Shown piece by piece: positions 48,285 through 58,413 of a stretch of DNA of 64,000 bases. The notes under the pieces are model-generated. The model worked only from the letters and a program-made list of their open reading frames with translations, was not told the origin of the DNA and searched no databases. Where the stretch lies: positions 178 to 64,177 of the forward strand of contig CAYPCX010000012.1 of assembly GCA_964409365.1 (NCBI GenBank), read 5' to 3'. This DNA comes from an uncultured Planctomycetia bacterium (GTDB lineage Bacteria > Omnitrophota > Gorgyraeia > Tantalellales > Tantalellaceae). The position numbers were made by a program, and so were the translations under genes. Numbering within the stretch: the stretch's first letter is position 1; each line of letters starts with the position of its first letter.

Positions 48285-50999
48285 TTATTCCATGACCAAT
48301 TCCCCGCCCTGGGACCAGGTACCGCCGCCGACACCGTGGAAAGTGCCGTTGTCGTCGTTATACGTGCCCCCCGCTTCCCCGGAGATATTCACGTTCTCGC
48401 TGGGCATGTTACCGCTCACGAGGGCGTGCCACTGACCGTCCGACCACTGGTCACCGGAAAGGGTGACGTTATGGCCGCTCGCGTTGTCGATCGTGAGGGA
48501 CCACGTGTCGGTGATCGCGCCTGAGTGCGTGCCGTGGATATAGCCTGCCCATATATTGTTCAGGGAGTTGCTGTAAAGATTGATGCCCATGCTGGCGGAC
48601 ATATTGGCGTTGGCGCCGGACAGCACCGAAGAGTAGGCTTCGGTGATGGGGACCGAGACAAAACTCTCGAACTCGGATATCGTGAAACCCAGGTTCGCTT
48701 CCGTGAGGAGGTCGGTGACATCGAACCATTCGCCGCCGCCGACGGCTTCCCACGTGAATGACAGTTCGCAATAATCGCCGACCACGTCCCCGTGAAAGAT
48801 GTGACCCGCGTGGACGACGCCTTCACCGTCATCATCAAAAAAATAACCGAGCATCGTACCGCTCATGCCTCCCAAATTCCACTCGTTACCGTTGATAGTG
48901 CCTAACCAGGGAGAACTGCCTCCTTCTCCCGGATCCTGATGCATACCTCCTATGGCAAGCTTCCAGTCATCGTCAGTCACCGGCGTGAACGAGCCCACCC
49001 CGTTCATGAACCATATACCCCACCGTTCTCCCTGAAGGCTCAGGGTCTCACCACTGAGATCAGTGCAAACGACCGAACCGCCGAGGCCACCCGCGAAACC
49101 GCCCATGCCCGATCCGCCGTAGAGATCGCCTGTCTCCTTAGGCGCGGAATCAAGCTGGTCCGGGGTTATGCCTACCATACTCCTCGGTGAGAACCAGACA
49201 GGGAAGTTGCCTACGCTGTTGAAGTGCCCCGGACTGACATCTCCTTCATAAAGGGCCGAGAAAGTGCCGCCATGGCCCGTGGTATCCACGTATATCCCGA
49301 GCGCTTTACCCTTAAGACGGGTACCTATCATCGTCCCGCCGGTACGCCCTATCATCCTGCCGCCGTCCGAAGCGGTGTAGGCGATGTTATCACATCCCCA
49401 TAGACGGTCAAGCCCTTTACCGATAAACAACCCGTGCACGTCGTTCCCGCTCGGGGAAAACCCCGCCCACATGCCGCCCGCCCCGGGGACCGAAAAAGCG
49501 AGACTCCCCACAACGTGGCTGTCGGAATTCATGACAAAATTTAAGTCGCTTTCGCCTTCATACCCTATATACCCGAAATGTCCGGTAAAATTAGCGGCTT
49601 CTTCCGGCGGTGGCGGTGGCGGGAGAAGGCCGCCTAAAATAGTAGCGATAGGTACGCCGACAATAGTACCACCGGGAAGGTCCTCCGGAAGTAAGTTGCC
49701 TATAGGAGGAAGTACACCCGGCGGCAGAGGACGCGTAGCCAGAGGGCTCCGAAGACCGGTCCCGCTACTGTAATTGGTCATAGCGACACCCTGGCTCCAG
49801 AATTCCTCGAGGGTTATTCTGTCCTTGACGGTGGTATAAACGGGCGTTCCGAGGTTACCCGCGGAATTGGCCGTGGAATTCTGTCCGGGATCCAGCACCA
49901 CCATATCGCCGGAGACGAGGCTTGTCATATCCCCCTGCCCGCCTTCATACCAGGCCTGTGTCCACCCCTCGGTTATATCAAGGTACATCACTGTCCCTCT
50001 CACGCCGCATACGGCGGACGGGGTCTTCACACGGAACGTGGACTTCTTGCCGAGCCTTTCCACTATGGCCCTTATCTTTCCCCTGTCCGCCTCGAATGAA
50101 TTCTCATATTCCCCGGTCTTCGGGTCGTGGCGTATGCGCTTCATGAATATCTCGGAATTCGCCTGGAGCGAAAGCATATTGCCGTTCTCCATGGTTATTT
50201 CCACGCCGCCGTCGGGGCCGGTCATCACTTTGTCGCCTTCCGTGAGGACCTCATCTATCTTCGCCAGACGGAACTTTTTATTACCGTGCTTGTAAACGCG
50301 TACCTCTCCCTGGACCGAGGTTATGAGGCCCTTCATCTTCCTTACACCCTTGCCCTCGAGCGTGTCCCTGGACATCTGGCTCGGCTTGGTGTCCTTTTCA
50401 TGCGCCGAGAACTCCGCGTCGACGTACGGGCGCGGTTTATCCGGAATGTCGCTTAAGGGTATCGTGACAAAATCGCCTTTGCTTAATTTCGTCACGTCAT
50501 CGGGATAGGCCGGGTTATACACCGATATCTGGCCGTCCTTCACAAAGACGCCGGTCTTGTCCGCCTGGTGGAAAGCCACGATATCGGTGCCCTTTACCGT
50601 GCCTTTGGCGCTGGGGGTCACGATGTGGAAGTTGGAAGTGCCTCCGTTCTTGGAAACGATCGCCCGCATCTTCCCGCGGTATAACCTTACGGTCGCGTTC
50701 TGTCTTTTGTTCCCGTCCTTGATGTCATATTCTTCGATGGCGACACGGGAATTCGGGGCGAGCCGGAGAACCGTACCGTCCTTAAAGGTGACCTCTGCCC
50801 TGGAATTGCTCTTTGTCCTTATGACGTCACGGAGAAAGACCGGTTCCTCTTTTTTGACGCGGGAAGCCGTGTCCTCTTCCAAACGGGTAACGTCTATCCT
50901 TCCCTCCAGGGACGTATATGTCCCCACTTCCGTTCCATCCGCGAAACAAACGGCGGAAAGAAAGACGGACATTATCAACAGAAATAGTATCTTCTTCAT
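48285..50999 (-). CDS. Secreted protein with two FecR domains, a Pro linker and a Gly-rich beta C-terminal region
   Basis: Signal peptide; FHIVTPSAKGTVKGT and FRVKTPSAVCGVRGT; PPPPPPEE; start set at MKKILF. Confidence 0.8.
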   Translation of the reverse strand: MKKILFLLIMSVFLSAVCFADGTEVGTYTSLEGRIDVTRLEEDTASRVKKEEPVFLRDVIRTKSNSRAEVTFKDGTVLRLAPNSRVAIEEYDIKDGNKRQNATVRLYRGKMRAIVSKNGGTSNFHIVTPSAKGTVKGTDIVAFHQADKTGVFVKDGQISVYNPAYPDDVTKLSKGDFVTIPLSDIPDKPRPYVDAEFSAHEKDTKPSQMSRDTLEGKGVRKMKGLITSVQGEVRVYKHGNKKFRLAKIDEVLTEGDKVMTGPDGGVEITMENGNMLSLQANSEIFMKRIRHDPKTGEYENSFEADRGKIRAIVERLGKKSTFRVKTPSAVCGVRGTVMYLDITEGWTQAWYEGGQGDMTSLVSGDMVVLDPGQNSTANSAGNLGTPVYTTVKDRITLEEFWSQGVAMTNYSSGTGLRSPLATRPLPPGVLPPIGNLLPEDLPGGTIVGVPIATILGGLLPPPPPPEEAANFTGHFGYIGYEGESDLNFVMNSDSHVVGSLAFSVPGAGGMWAGFSPSGNDVHGLFIGKGLDRLWGCDNIAYTASDGGRMIGRTGGTMIGTRLKGKALGIYVDTTGHGGTFSALYEGDVSPGHFNSVGNFPVWFSPRSMVGITPDQLDSAPKETGDLYGGSGMGGFAGGLGGSVVCTDLSGETLSLQGERWGIWFMNGVGSFTPVTDDDWKLAIGGMHQDPGEGGSSPWLGTINGNEWNLGGMSGTMLGYFFDDDGEGVVHAGHIFHGDVVGDYCELSFTWEAVGGGEWFDVTDLLTEANLGFTISEFESFVSVPITEAYSSVLSGANANMSASMGINLYSNSLNNIWAGYIHGTHSGAITDTWSLTIDNASGHNVTLSGDQWSDGQWHALVSGNMPSENVNISGEAGGTYNDDNGTFHGVGGGTWSQGGELVME

Positions 51000-51022
51000 T
51001 ATTATTTTAGTCCTCAAGACCG

Positions 51023-52549
51023 TTAAAACTTATACTTCATCCCTACGCTATAAACGTTCCGTTTATAGTTATACACTTTAATATTGCAAGAGTCGTATAC
51101 GTGTATATAGTTTAGCATAATTTCAACATTTTTTACAATATCAAAAGCGAGAAAAGTGGACAAAGTCAGAATGTCGTCCCTGCGTTGCTGCTTAAAGATA
51201 AAATTGGTCTCCGTGAACCTCTGAAAAAAAAGGTCCAGCGTACCCCCTATCCTCATTTTTTCCATGATCGGCACGGTAGCACCCAGTGTGATCTTGTTAC
51301 CTATATATCTCCAATTGTCTTCTTCGGTATCGTCGTAATTCAGGGCATATTTCAGGTAAGCGATACCCTTACCCTCGCCGAAAAAGTAGAACCATGCAAG
51401 ATGCCCCGTATACTCGTCGGAATCCCTGTCTTCCTCGGGGCCGTTGGGAGACCACAGGAATTTATCTTTATTATAGAACATGCCGAGCTGGCCCATCACA
51501 TTCCTGCCCAGTTTGATATTATCCAGGTTGCCTATACTGACAGTGGAAAGGTATCCCTTATCATTGACGGTGACAAAGTTGTAATAGATCGGGAAGCTGA
51601 TAGCCGCGTTCTCGAGATAAAAAGCCGGCTGTGTAGTGAAATTGTGGGACGTCATGTCATAGAAACCCAGGTCGAACTGCTTGGCCAGGTAGAACGAATA
51701 CCCGAATTTCGCGCCGAAGTTCTCCCAGGGCTTCAGGTTATATTCACCGTTGAAGGTGTAAACCTGCCGCCAATCACCTTTGTCCCCGATGGCCGACACC
51801 AGGACATCGCTCCCCGGCGACAGGACGACGTTATCGTCATACTGCAGGGCGAAACCGACATTCCCGCGGAAGGGTCTTGTGGCTTCCTCTTTCTTGTCTA
51901 TGGCGGCGATATATTCATCGGCGAAACCGGCAAGATCGCTGTGCGGAGCCTCTTTCACGACGTCGCCGAAGATCTTCTTCGCCTCTTTCAGCCTTTCGTT
52001 CTTCACGTACGCCAGGCCGATATAATACTCAAGCGTCTGGTACGGCGCCCCGTCTATCCCCTTCGCTTCCTCGAAGGACTCTATCGCCGTATCAAGGTCC
52101 TCCCCCTCTTTCAGATAGACCATGCCTTTGAAAAAAGAGGTCTGGGCCGGGTTTATCCCTTCGTCTTCCGCCAGCTTGATCCACTTTTTTGCCTCGTCCA
52201 GCTCGCCCTTCTTGTAAAGAAGGTCTATGAGTTCCGTAAGCGCGTTCTTTATCCTTGGCTTCATCATCACGGCGGCTTCCAGATAAGACCTGGCCTCATC
52301 ATAGTTCTGCATTTGTTTGCAGGTAACACCGAGATAATAGGCGACGAGGGTCGACTGGGGCCTTTCCTTCCATAGCCTCTTCAAAAGGTCATAGGCCTCT
52401 TCGTAATCCTCGTGCTTGTAAAGCCATATGGCCTTCGTCAGCTGTTCGTCCCCTTTGGCATCGAGTTCGTCGGAAAAGACCTGCGGCACGCAGAAAATAC
52501 CCGCGAACAGTGAGAGAACCGTGAAAATGATAATTACTTTGGTTTTCAT
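51023..52549 (-). CDS. TPR plus outer-membrane beta-barrel protein (Slam/DUF560-like)
   Basis: Signal peptide, TPRs, QYDDNV at the barrel start, and ...RRDD...YNYKRNVYSVGMKYKF. Confidence 0.7.
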   Translation of the reverse strand: MKTKVIIIFTVLSLFAGIFCVPQVFSDELDAKGDEQLTKAIWLYKHEDYEEAYDLLKRLWKERPQSTLVAYYLGVTCKQMQNYDEARSYLEAAVMMKPRIKNALTELIDLLYKKGELDEAKKWIKLAEDEGINPAQTSFFKGMVYLKEGEDLDTAIESFEEAKGIDGAPYQTLEYYIGLAYVKNERLKEAKKIFGDVVKEAPHSDLAGFADEYIAAIDKKEEATRPFRGNVGFALQYDDNVVLSPGSDVLVSAIGDKGDWRQVYTFNGEYNLKPWENFGAKFGYSFYLAKQFDLGFYDMTSHNFTTQPAFYLENAAISFPIYYNFVTVNDKGYLSTVSIGNLDNIKLGRNVMGQLGMFYNKDKFLWSPNGPEEDRDSDEYTGHLAWFYFFGEGKGIAYLKYALNYDDTEEDNWRYIGNKITLGATVPIMEKMRIGGTLDLFFQRFTETNFIFKQQRRDDILTLSTFLAFDIVKNVEIMLNYIHVYDSCNIKVYNYKRNVYSVGMKYKF

Positions 52550-52644
52550 GATTTATAACTTATAATACAAAACCCCACACGTGTCAAGAATATTTCCCCC
52601 TGTACAACCCCGGGGGTTGAACCCTTGCCAAACCCCACCGTATT

Positions 52645-52677
52645 TATACATCGGGTGTATTATACACCCGATGTATA
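52645..52677. repeat. Perfect 16-1-16 palindrome, copy 1
   Basis: tatacatcgggtgtat-t-atacacccgatgtata; contains the DUF763 stop codon. Confidence 0.9.
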
Positions 52678-53748
52678 TGCGGTGAGGCGTTTGAAGGCTT
52701 TAAGCTTTTCGGAGCGGCCGATCTTTGCCCTGGAGACGGCGTCATTGAGGAAAGAGATGGTACCGTCATAAACAGAACGGTTTACGGGATATGGGTGGCC
52801 GTCCTTTCCGCCATGGGCGAAACTGAACCTTGCCGGGTCGCGTAAGCTCGGTTTTTCGCCGTAGACAAGCTCGGATATGAGGGCCAGAGCCCTTATCGTC
52901 CTGGGGCCGACGCCCTGTATGCCCAGGAGCTCTTCGAAGTTCCCGGGTCTTTTTTCATACGTGGAAAGCAGTATCTTTTTCAGGTTCTCCGGCCTTATTT
53001 CCTTGCCGCGGATATCATGATGAGCGGGGAGCGATAATTTTTCAACGCGCCTGTACTCTTCCAGGACCTTTTCCGGGTTCACGCGGGAGATCTCAACGCT
53101 GACTTCCCTCGCCTTTTCGCTTTCCCGGGCGACCATATTGAGGACCTCTCCCTTGTGGTCACAGCATACCGCGTTATGCGGCTCGCACACGAAATCATTC
53201 ACGCTTTCGCCGAGCCAGTGGTAACGCCTCGCCCACCGGGTCCGGTCGTTCATACCCTGCTGGACCACGGCCCAGCGGCCGCTTTTGTCGACGATGAAAG
53301 TATGATGATATAACTGGTACCCGTCCTGGACGGCGGTATTATCCACTTTCGCCGACATGCGGCTCGCGTAGACCAAACCGGCAGGATCGCGATCTATGAA
53401 CCGTTTCTCGGCGAGTTCTTCTATCTCCGAGGGGGTTTTTCTCGATGTTCCGCCCTTCCCGCCGCAGACGAACACACCCATGTCCCGGCCCGCATTCTTA
53501 AGCCCGGCCTTGAGCGCGCCGCAGACCGTAGTAGTGAGTCCCGATGAATGCCAGTCAAAACCCAGGACACACCCGAATGCCTGGAACCAGAAAGGATCCG
53601 CCATCCTTCTCAAGTACTCTTCGGACCCTAATTCACCGCACAGGATCATGCTTATCTCTCTCGCGAGAAGCGTCATCCTGTCGAAAAGCCACCTCGGGGC
53701 TTTCCCGCCGTGAAGGGGTAAATGCGCAGTGCCTGTTTTTCTGGACAT
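52660..53748 (-). CDS. DUF763-family protein
   Basis: LPLHGGKAPRWL, GFDWHSSGLTT, AKVDNTAVQDGY and FAHGGKDGHPYPV. Confidence 0.85.
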   Translation of the reverse strand: MSRKTGTAHLPLHGGKAPRWLFDRMTLLAREISMILCGELGSEEYLRRMADPFWFQAFGCVLGFDWHSSGLTTTVCGALKAGLKNAGRDMGVFVCGGKGGTSRKTPSEIEELAEKRFIDRDPAGLVYASRMSAKVDNTAVQDGYQLYHHTFIVDKSGRWAVVQQGMNDRTRWARRYHWLGESVNDFVCEPHNAVCCDHKGEVLNMVARESEKAREVSVEISRVNPEKVLEEYRRVEKLSLPAHHDIRGKEIRPENLKKILLSTYEKRPGNFEELLGIQGVGPRTIRALALISELVYGEKPSLRDPARFSFAHGGKDGHPYPVNRSVYDGTISFLNDAVSRAKIGRSEKLKAFKRLTAYTSGV

Positions 53749-53763
53749 ATGACAGGTATTACA

Positions 53764-53935
53764 GTTACTGGTTACTCCAAAAGTAACCCGTTTCAGATAA
53801 GTCTGGTTACTGTTTACTGGCTACTGGTTACGACACTTGATACTTGCTATTTTTCCTTGTTACTTTTTCCTTTTTCCTTGATACTTCTTCCTTTTTCCTT
53901 GATACTTGTCACTTGTTGCTACTTACTGGTTACTC
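53764..53935. repeat. Long composite heptamer tract
   Basis: gttactg, gatactt and tttcctt units with 7-bp periodicity over about 170 bp. Confidence 0.85.
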
Positions 53936-53944
53936 CCCCCTCAG

Positions 53945-55048
53945 CTATAATCCGCCCTGGAGGGTCTGATCCTCTAACTGCTTGATCTCGTCTTTAAGGA
54001 GTTCCGGAAGGGCGAGGATATCCACGTCCATGAACCCCCTGATGATCACCGACTGGGCCTGGTCAGGCGTCATCCCGCGGGAACACAGGTACTCTATCTC
54101 TTCCTTGCTGATCCTGCCGATAGCCGCTTCATGCGAAAGGTCCACGTCACGCAGGTCTGTTTCAAGTTCGGGGATGGCGTGGATCGTGCCTTCCTCCGAA
54201 AGGACAAGGCCCCTGCACTCAAGATGAGCCCTTACGCCGGGGTTCTCAGCTTTAAGATGCCCGCGCGCCACGACCTTACCGCCCAGGCTTACGGCCCTTG
54301 AGACTATTTCCGCATAAGTTTCGGATGACTTGAAGATGACCCGCGCGCCTATATCCTGTAAAGTGTCCGGATGGGAAAGAATGAGCGAATTGAAGCTAGC
54401 CCTGGCCCCGTGGCCCATGAGAACGGCCGTCGGGTACATCGTGATATCCCTGACGGGCTTAAGGCAGACATAGTTCGATATGAAACTCCCCCCTTCTTCC
54501 ACTACAGCGACACTCATGGGCCTTACTGATACGTCCTCCCGCCATGAATGGATCATCGTAAAGTTCAGGTAGGCCCCCTTTTGCACAAAGAACTCGGAGA
54601 TGCCGAGATGGAAGGATCCCCGGGCGGCCTCTGAGGCGGAACACCCGGTAATAAGATAGACCCTGGCGCCCTCTTCTATGATGATCATGTTGTGGACCTT
54701 CTGCTCGAACGCCTGCTTCTTGAGAAAAAGACAGGCCTGGATGGGCAGGCTTACTTCGGCACCTTTCATGACCCTGATAAAATAACCGCCGGCCGTATCG
54801 GCGGGGTATTCCTTGTTCAGCATCTTGAAGGATTTTCCGTAATAATTCCTTACCCCGGGATACCTTTCAAGGGCTTCTTCCATCTTTACGATGTCCACCC
54901 CCTCGAACAGGCTCTTGGAAAAGAGTATGTCATCGTCCTGCTGCAGAAAAGAAGCCGAACGTGTCTTCTCGGAAAGGTCCATCCCCGAAGAAGTCACCTT
55001 GTCGCCGTCCTCTTTATTTAACACGTTCCTGAGATCAGGGTCTGCCAT
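53945..55048 (-). CDS. sufB: SufB/SufD-like Fe-S scaffold (SmsB type)
   Basis: QKVHNMIIIEEGA, AHLECRGL, AIPEL, LSHEAAIG and YLCSRG. Confidence 0.88.
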   Translation of the reverse strand: MADPDLRNVLNKEDGDKVTSSGMDLSEKTRSASFLQQDDDILFSKSLFEGVDIVKMEEALERYPGVRNYYGKSFKMLNKEYPADTAGGYFIRVMKGAEVSLPIQACLFLKKQAFEQKVHNMIIIEEGARVYLITGCSASEAARGSFHLGISEFFVQKGAYLNFTMIHSWREDVSVRPMSVAVVEEGGSFISNYVCLKPVRDITMYPTAVLMGHGARASFNSLILSHPDTLQDIGARVIFKSSETYAEIVSRAVSLGGKVVARGHLKAENPGVRAHLECRGLVLSEEGTIHAIPELETDLRDVDLSHEAAIGRISKEEIEYLCSRGMTPDQAQSVIIRGFMDVDILALPELLKDEIKQLEDQTLQGGL

Positions 55049-55751
55049 GGCACTTCCTACAGTATCCGTACCCTTTTTCCTTTATCTCTTCGAACATCTC
55101 GGCGGGCTTGTGCCCCGTGCACCACAGCTGACCGTCTATCATGAGACAGCCTTTTTCCGCCTTCACATAATCCAGGATATAACCGGTGTGCGTAATAATA
55201 AGCGCTGACTTGCCCTCGCCTTTAAGATAATCGTCAAGTACCTTTCCCATTATAGAGATATTCTCGATGTCCACGCCCGACTCGGGCTCATCCAGAAGGA
55301 CCATGTCGGGATCCTGAAGTACGAGCTGGTAAAGCTCGGAACGCTTCATCTCGCCGCCGGAGAAGTCCAGGTTTATCTCGCGCTCAAGAAGTTCCTCAAG
55401 CGAAAGTCTTTCCGCCATGGAAGCTACCTTTTTTTCGTCACTGCAAAGGTAGCGGGATATCTGGTCAAGCTTCACCCCTCTTATTTTCGGAGGGTGCTGG
55501 TACATTATGCCGAGGCCGAGTTTCACCCTTTCATCCGTCCCGAGCCCGTTCAGGCCCTTACCCTTGTAGCTTATCTCGCCCTTTTCGACGGAATATCCGC
55601 CGAAACCCATAACGGTCTTTATGAGCGTGGACTTCCCGCTGCCGTTAGGCCCGAAAAGCACCATGACCTCGCCCTTGCCTATGGTCAGGTTTATGTTCTT
55701 GAGAACCGGCTTGCCCGCAACATCCACGGAAAGATCTTTTATCTCCAGCAT
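55035..55751 (-). CDS. sufC: SufC-like ATPase (SmsC type)
   Basis: GPNGSGKST, FSGGEMKR, LDEPESGVD, ITH and C-terminal C...CRKC; start set at MLEIKD. Confidence 0.9.
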   Translation of the reverse strand: MLEIKDLSVDVAGKPVLKNINLTIGKGEVMVLFGPNGSGKSTLIKTVMGFGGYSVEKGEISYKGKGLNGLGTDERVKLGLGIMYQHPPKIRGVKLDQISRYLCSDEKKVASMAERLSLEELLEREINLDFSGGEMKRSELYQLVLQDPDMVLLDEPESGVDIENISIMGKVLDDYLKGEGKSALIITHTGYILDYVKAEKGCLMIDGQLWCTGHKPAEMFEEIKEKGYGYCRKCHGRP

Positions 55752-55762
55752 CCCGTCACCTC

Positions 55763-55793
55763 GTCCGACATCCAATATCCAACATCTAACATC
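55763..55793. repeat. Heptamer tract (ATCCAAC)x4
   Basis: gtccgac atccaat atccaac atctaac atc. Confidence 0.7.
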
Positions 55794-56223
55794 AGTTTCT
55801 TTTATACAAACCCACAAGCTCCGCCTGGTCGAGTATGTGTCCTTCCATGGCCTTTTCCAGTTCTCCTTTGCTGATGCCATCGTCCAGTTCGAGCTCGCGG
55901 TCCAGGGCATACGCCTTGAAAAAATACCTGTGGGTCCCGGACGGGGGGCACGGCCCTCCGTAACTCAGCCTGCCGAAATCGTTCATGCCCTGCTTACCCG
56001 GAACGGTACCCTCACCGATACGCTCCGTGACCGGCATATCGTAGACCACCCAGTGGACCCATGTCCCCATGGGAGCGTCCGGGTCGTCGACGATGACGGC
56101 CATGCTTTTGGTCTGGTCGGGTATCTCCTCGATATTGAGCTCGGGGTTCACGTCCTGTCCCTGGCACGTGAACTTTGAAGGAATGTAGCTGTTGTTGCTG
56201 AATTCCGGACTCTTTATTTTCAT
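55792..56223 (-). CDS. YbhB/YbcL (PEBP-family) protein
   Basis: DDPDAP..TWVHW and YGGPCPPSGTHRYFF. Confidence 0.92.
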   Translation of the reverse strand: MKIKSPEFSNNSYIPSKFTCQGQDVNPELNIEEIPDQTKSMAVIVDDPDAPMGTWVHWVVYDMPVTERIGEGTVPGKQGMNDFGRLSYGGPCPPSGTHRYFFKAYALDRELELDDGISKGELEKAMEGHILDQAELVGLYKRN

Positions 56224-56239
56224 CTTTCCCCCCTCGTTC

Positions 56240-56269
56240 TATACATCGGGTGTATTATACACCCGATGT
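56240..56269. repeat. Palindrome, copy 2
   Basis: 30 nt identical to 52645-52674, immediately after the nrdJ stop. Confidence 0.9.
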
Positions 56270-56270
56270 G

Positions 56271-58400
56271 TCAAAATGGGCATGTGCCCGTTGTACATCC
56301 TCCCGAATACTCGGGTCCCGTCGTAAGAAGTTCCGTTTTCCCGGACGAACGTCCCCTGGTGCCGTAATCAAAGGTAAGCACCTGGTCTTCCTTGCTGCCG
56401 TACCTGTATACCGTGATACCTTTACACTTCAGCTTATGCGCCATCATATAGATCGTCCTTACATCCTCGACCGAAGCGTCGGGCGGCAGGTTTATCGTCT
56501 TGGAAACCGAATTGTCGGTATACTTCTGGAAAGCCGCCTGGACGGCAAGGTGTTTTTCGGGTGTCACGTCAAAAGCCGTAACGAATACCTTCTTGACGTC
56601 CTCCGGTATGTTCTTGATCCCCTTCAACGAACCTTGCCGGGCTATTTCCGCGAGTGTCGCTTTTTTTAAAAACCCCCTCTGTCCGGCTACTTTTTCGAAC
56701 AGAGGATTTATCTCCAAAAGCTTCGTTCCCGAGAGAACGTTCCTGACGAAACTTATAGCGAACAAAGGCTCTATCCCGCTGGAACACCCCGCTATTATGC
56801 TTATGGAACCGGTCGGCGCTATGGTGTTAACCGTAGCGTTACGCAACCTCATGCCTTTTTTGACATATAACGACCTCCTGTAGTCCGGAAAAACACCCCT
56901 CTCGCCCGCCAGAAAAGTGGATGCTTTAAGCGATTCGGCGCGTATGAACCGCATCAGTTTTTCCGCGAGGTCCACCGACCGCTTCGACCCGTACGGTACG
57001 CCCAGTTTTATCAGCATGTCGGCGAACCCCATAACGCCGAGGCCTATCTTCCTGTTGGCCAGTGTCGCCTTTTTGATGGCCGGGAGGGGGAATTTGTTAA
57101 CTTCGATAACGTCGTCGAGGAACCTTACGGCGAAATGCACGCTTTTCTTCAATTTGTTCCAGTCGGGACGCGCACCTGTCACCATCTTAGCAAGATTTAC
57201 CGAAGCGAGGTTACAGCTTTCATGAGGAAGAAGCGGAAGCTCTCCGCAGGGATTGGTCGCTTCTATCCTTCCGGCCCGGGGCACGGTATTTTTCCTGTTT
57301 ATCGCGTCGAGAAAGACCAGTCCGGGGTCCCCGGTACGCCACGAGGCGTTGACCATAAGATCGAATACCGCCCTTGCCTTGACCTTCTTTATCCTCTTCC
57401 CGTTCCTGGGATTGACAAGCGGGAATTCCCCGTTCTTTTTTACCGCCTCCATGAAAGAATCGGTCACGCCGACGGAAAGGTTGAAATTAGTGAAAGCGTT
57501 CTTCTCGATTTTCGCCCCGATGAACTCTACGATATCCGGGTGATCGCACCGCAGTACCCCCATGTTGGCGCCGCGCCTCCTCCCGCCCTGGACTATAACG
57601 CCGGTCGCTTCGTCGAAAATGCTCATGAACGAAACAGGACCCGACGCCTCGCCTTTTGTAGAGCTGACAAGGTCCCCCTTGGGCCTCAACTTCGAAAAAT
57701 TGAACCCCGTGCCGCCGCCGGTCTGGTGGATCTTGGCCATGTCTTTCAGGGCCGAGAATATCCCGTCCATCGAATCCTCGACCGGTATGACGAAACACGC
57801 GGAAAGCTGCCCGAGCAAAGTGCCCGCGTTCATGAGCGTGGGAGAGTTCGGCAAGAATTCCAGTTCGCGCATCATGTGATAGAACGTTTCTTCCACCTCC
57901 CGCGCTTTTTTGGCGGGAACATATTTCTTCTCGGCTTTCGCCACGGCGGAAGCCACCCTCCTGAAAAGTTCGCTCGGCGTCTCTATCACGGTCCTCTTAT
58001 CATCCTTCAGAAGATACCTTCTCCTAAGCACTTCCATGGTGTTCAGCGGGAGCTTGAGATCGTCCTTCAGCCCGAGCGCGGATTTGGCCGTCCGCACCTC
58101 CGCGTGTTTTTCCCTGTGCAAAATATAGCTTTTCGCTACATGGCTGTAACCCTCGCTCATCAAGGTGATCTCGACGATATCCTGGATAGATTCGACGGCA
58201 GGAGCTTTAACTTTGTATAAAGCCGCCAATCTTTCCACGATTATGTCAGAGACATAAACCGCGATCGAGCGGGCCCGTGCCCTGCTCCCCAGCACCTCGA
58301 ACGCGGCCCCTTCAATAGCGTGTGTGATCTTTTCTTTCCTGAACTTTACTTCGGAACCATCCCTTTTTCTCACCTTTTTCGGTGAACCTGTTTTTGCCAT
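56271..58400 (-). CDS. nrdJ: Class II (AdoCbl-dependent) ribonucleotide reductase with ATP cone
   Basis: ATP cone, PNSPTLMNAG, LSACFV, TNPCGE, CNLAS, TIAPTG and a C-terminal Cys pair. Confidence 0.92.
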   Translation of the reverse strand: MAKTGSPKKVRKRDGSEVKFRKEKITHAIEGAAFEVLGSRARARSIAVYVSDIIVERLAALYKVKAPAVESIQDIVEITLMSEGYSHVAKSYILHREKHAEVRTAKSALGLKDDLKLPLNTMEVLRRRYLLKDDKRTVIETPSELFRRVASAVAKAEKKYVPAKKAREVEETFYHMMRELEFLPNSPTLMNAGTLLGQLSACFVIPVEDSMDGIFSALKDMAKIHQTGGGTGFNFSKLRPKGDLVSSTKGEASGPVSFMSIFDEATGVIVQGGRRRGANMGVLRCDHPDIVEFIGAKIEKNAFTNFNLSVGVTDSFMEAVKKNGEFPLVNPRNGKRIKKVKARAVFDLMVNASWRTGDPGLVFLDAINRKNTVPRAGRIEATNPCGELPLLPHESCNLASVNLAKMVTGARPDWNKLKKSVHFAVRFLDDVIEVNKFPLPAIKKATLANRKIGLGVMGFADMLIKLGVPYGSKRSVDLAEKLMRFIRAESLKASTFLAGERGVFPDYRRSLYVKKGMRLRNATVNTIAPTGSISIIAGCSSGIEPLFAISFVRNVLSGTKLLEINPLFEKVAGQRGFLKKATLAEIARQGSLKGIKNIPEDVKKVFVTAFDVTPEKHLAVQAAFQKYTDNSVSKTINLPPDASVEDVRTIYMMAHKLKCKGITVYRYGSKEDQVLTFDYGTRGRSSGKTELLTTGPEYSGGCTTGTCPF

Positions 58401-58413
58401 AACCTTCTCCGAT

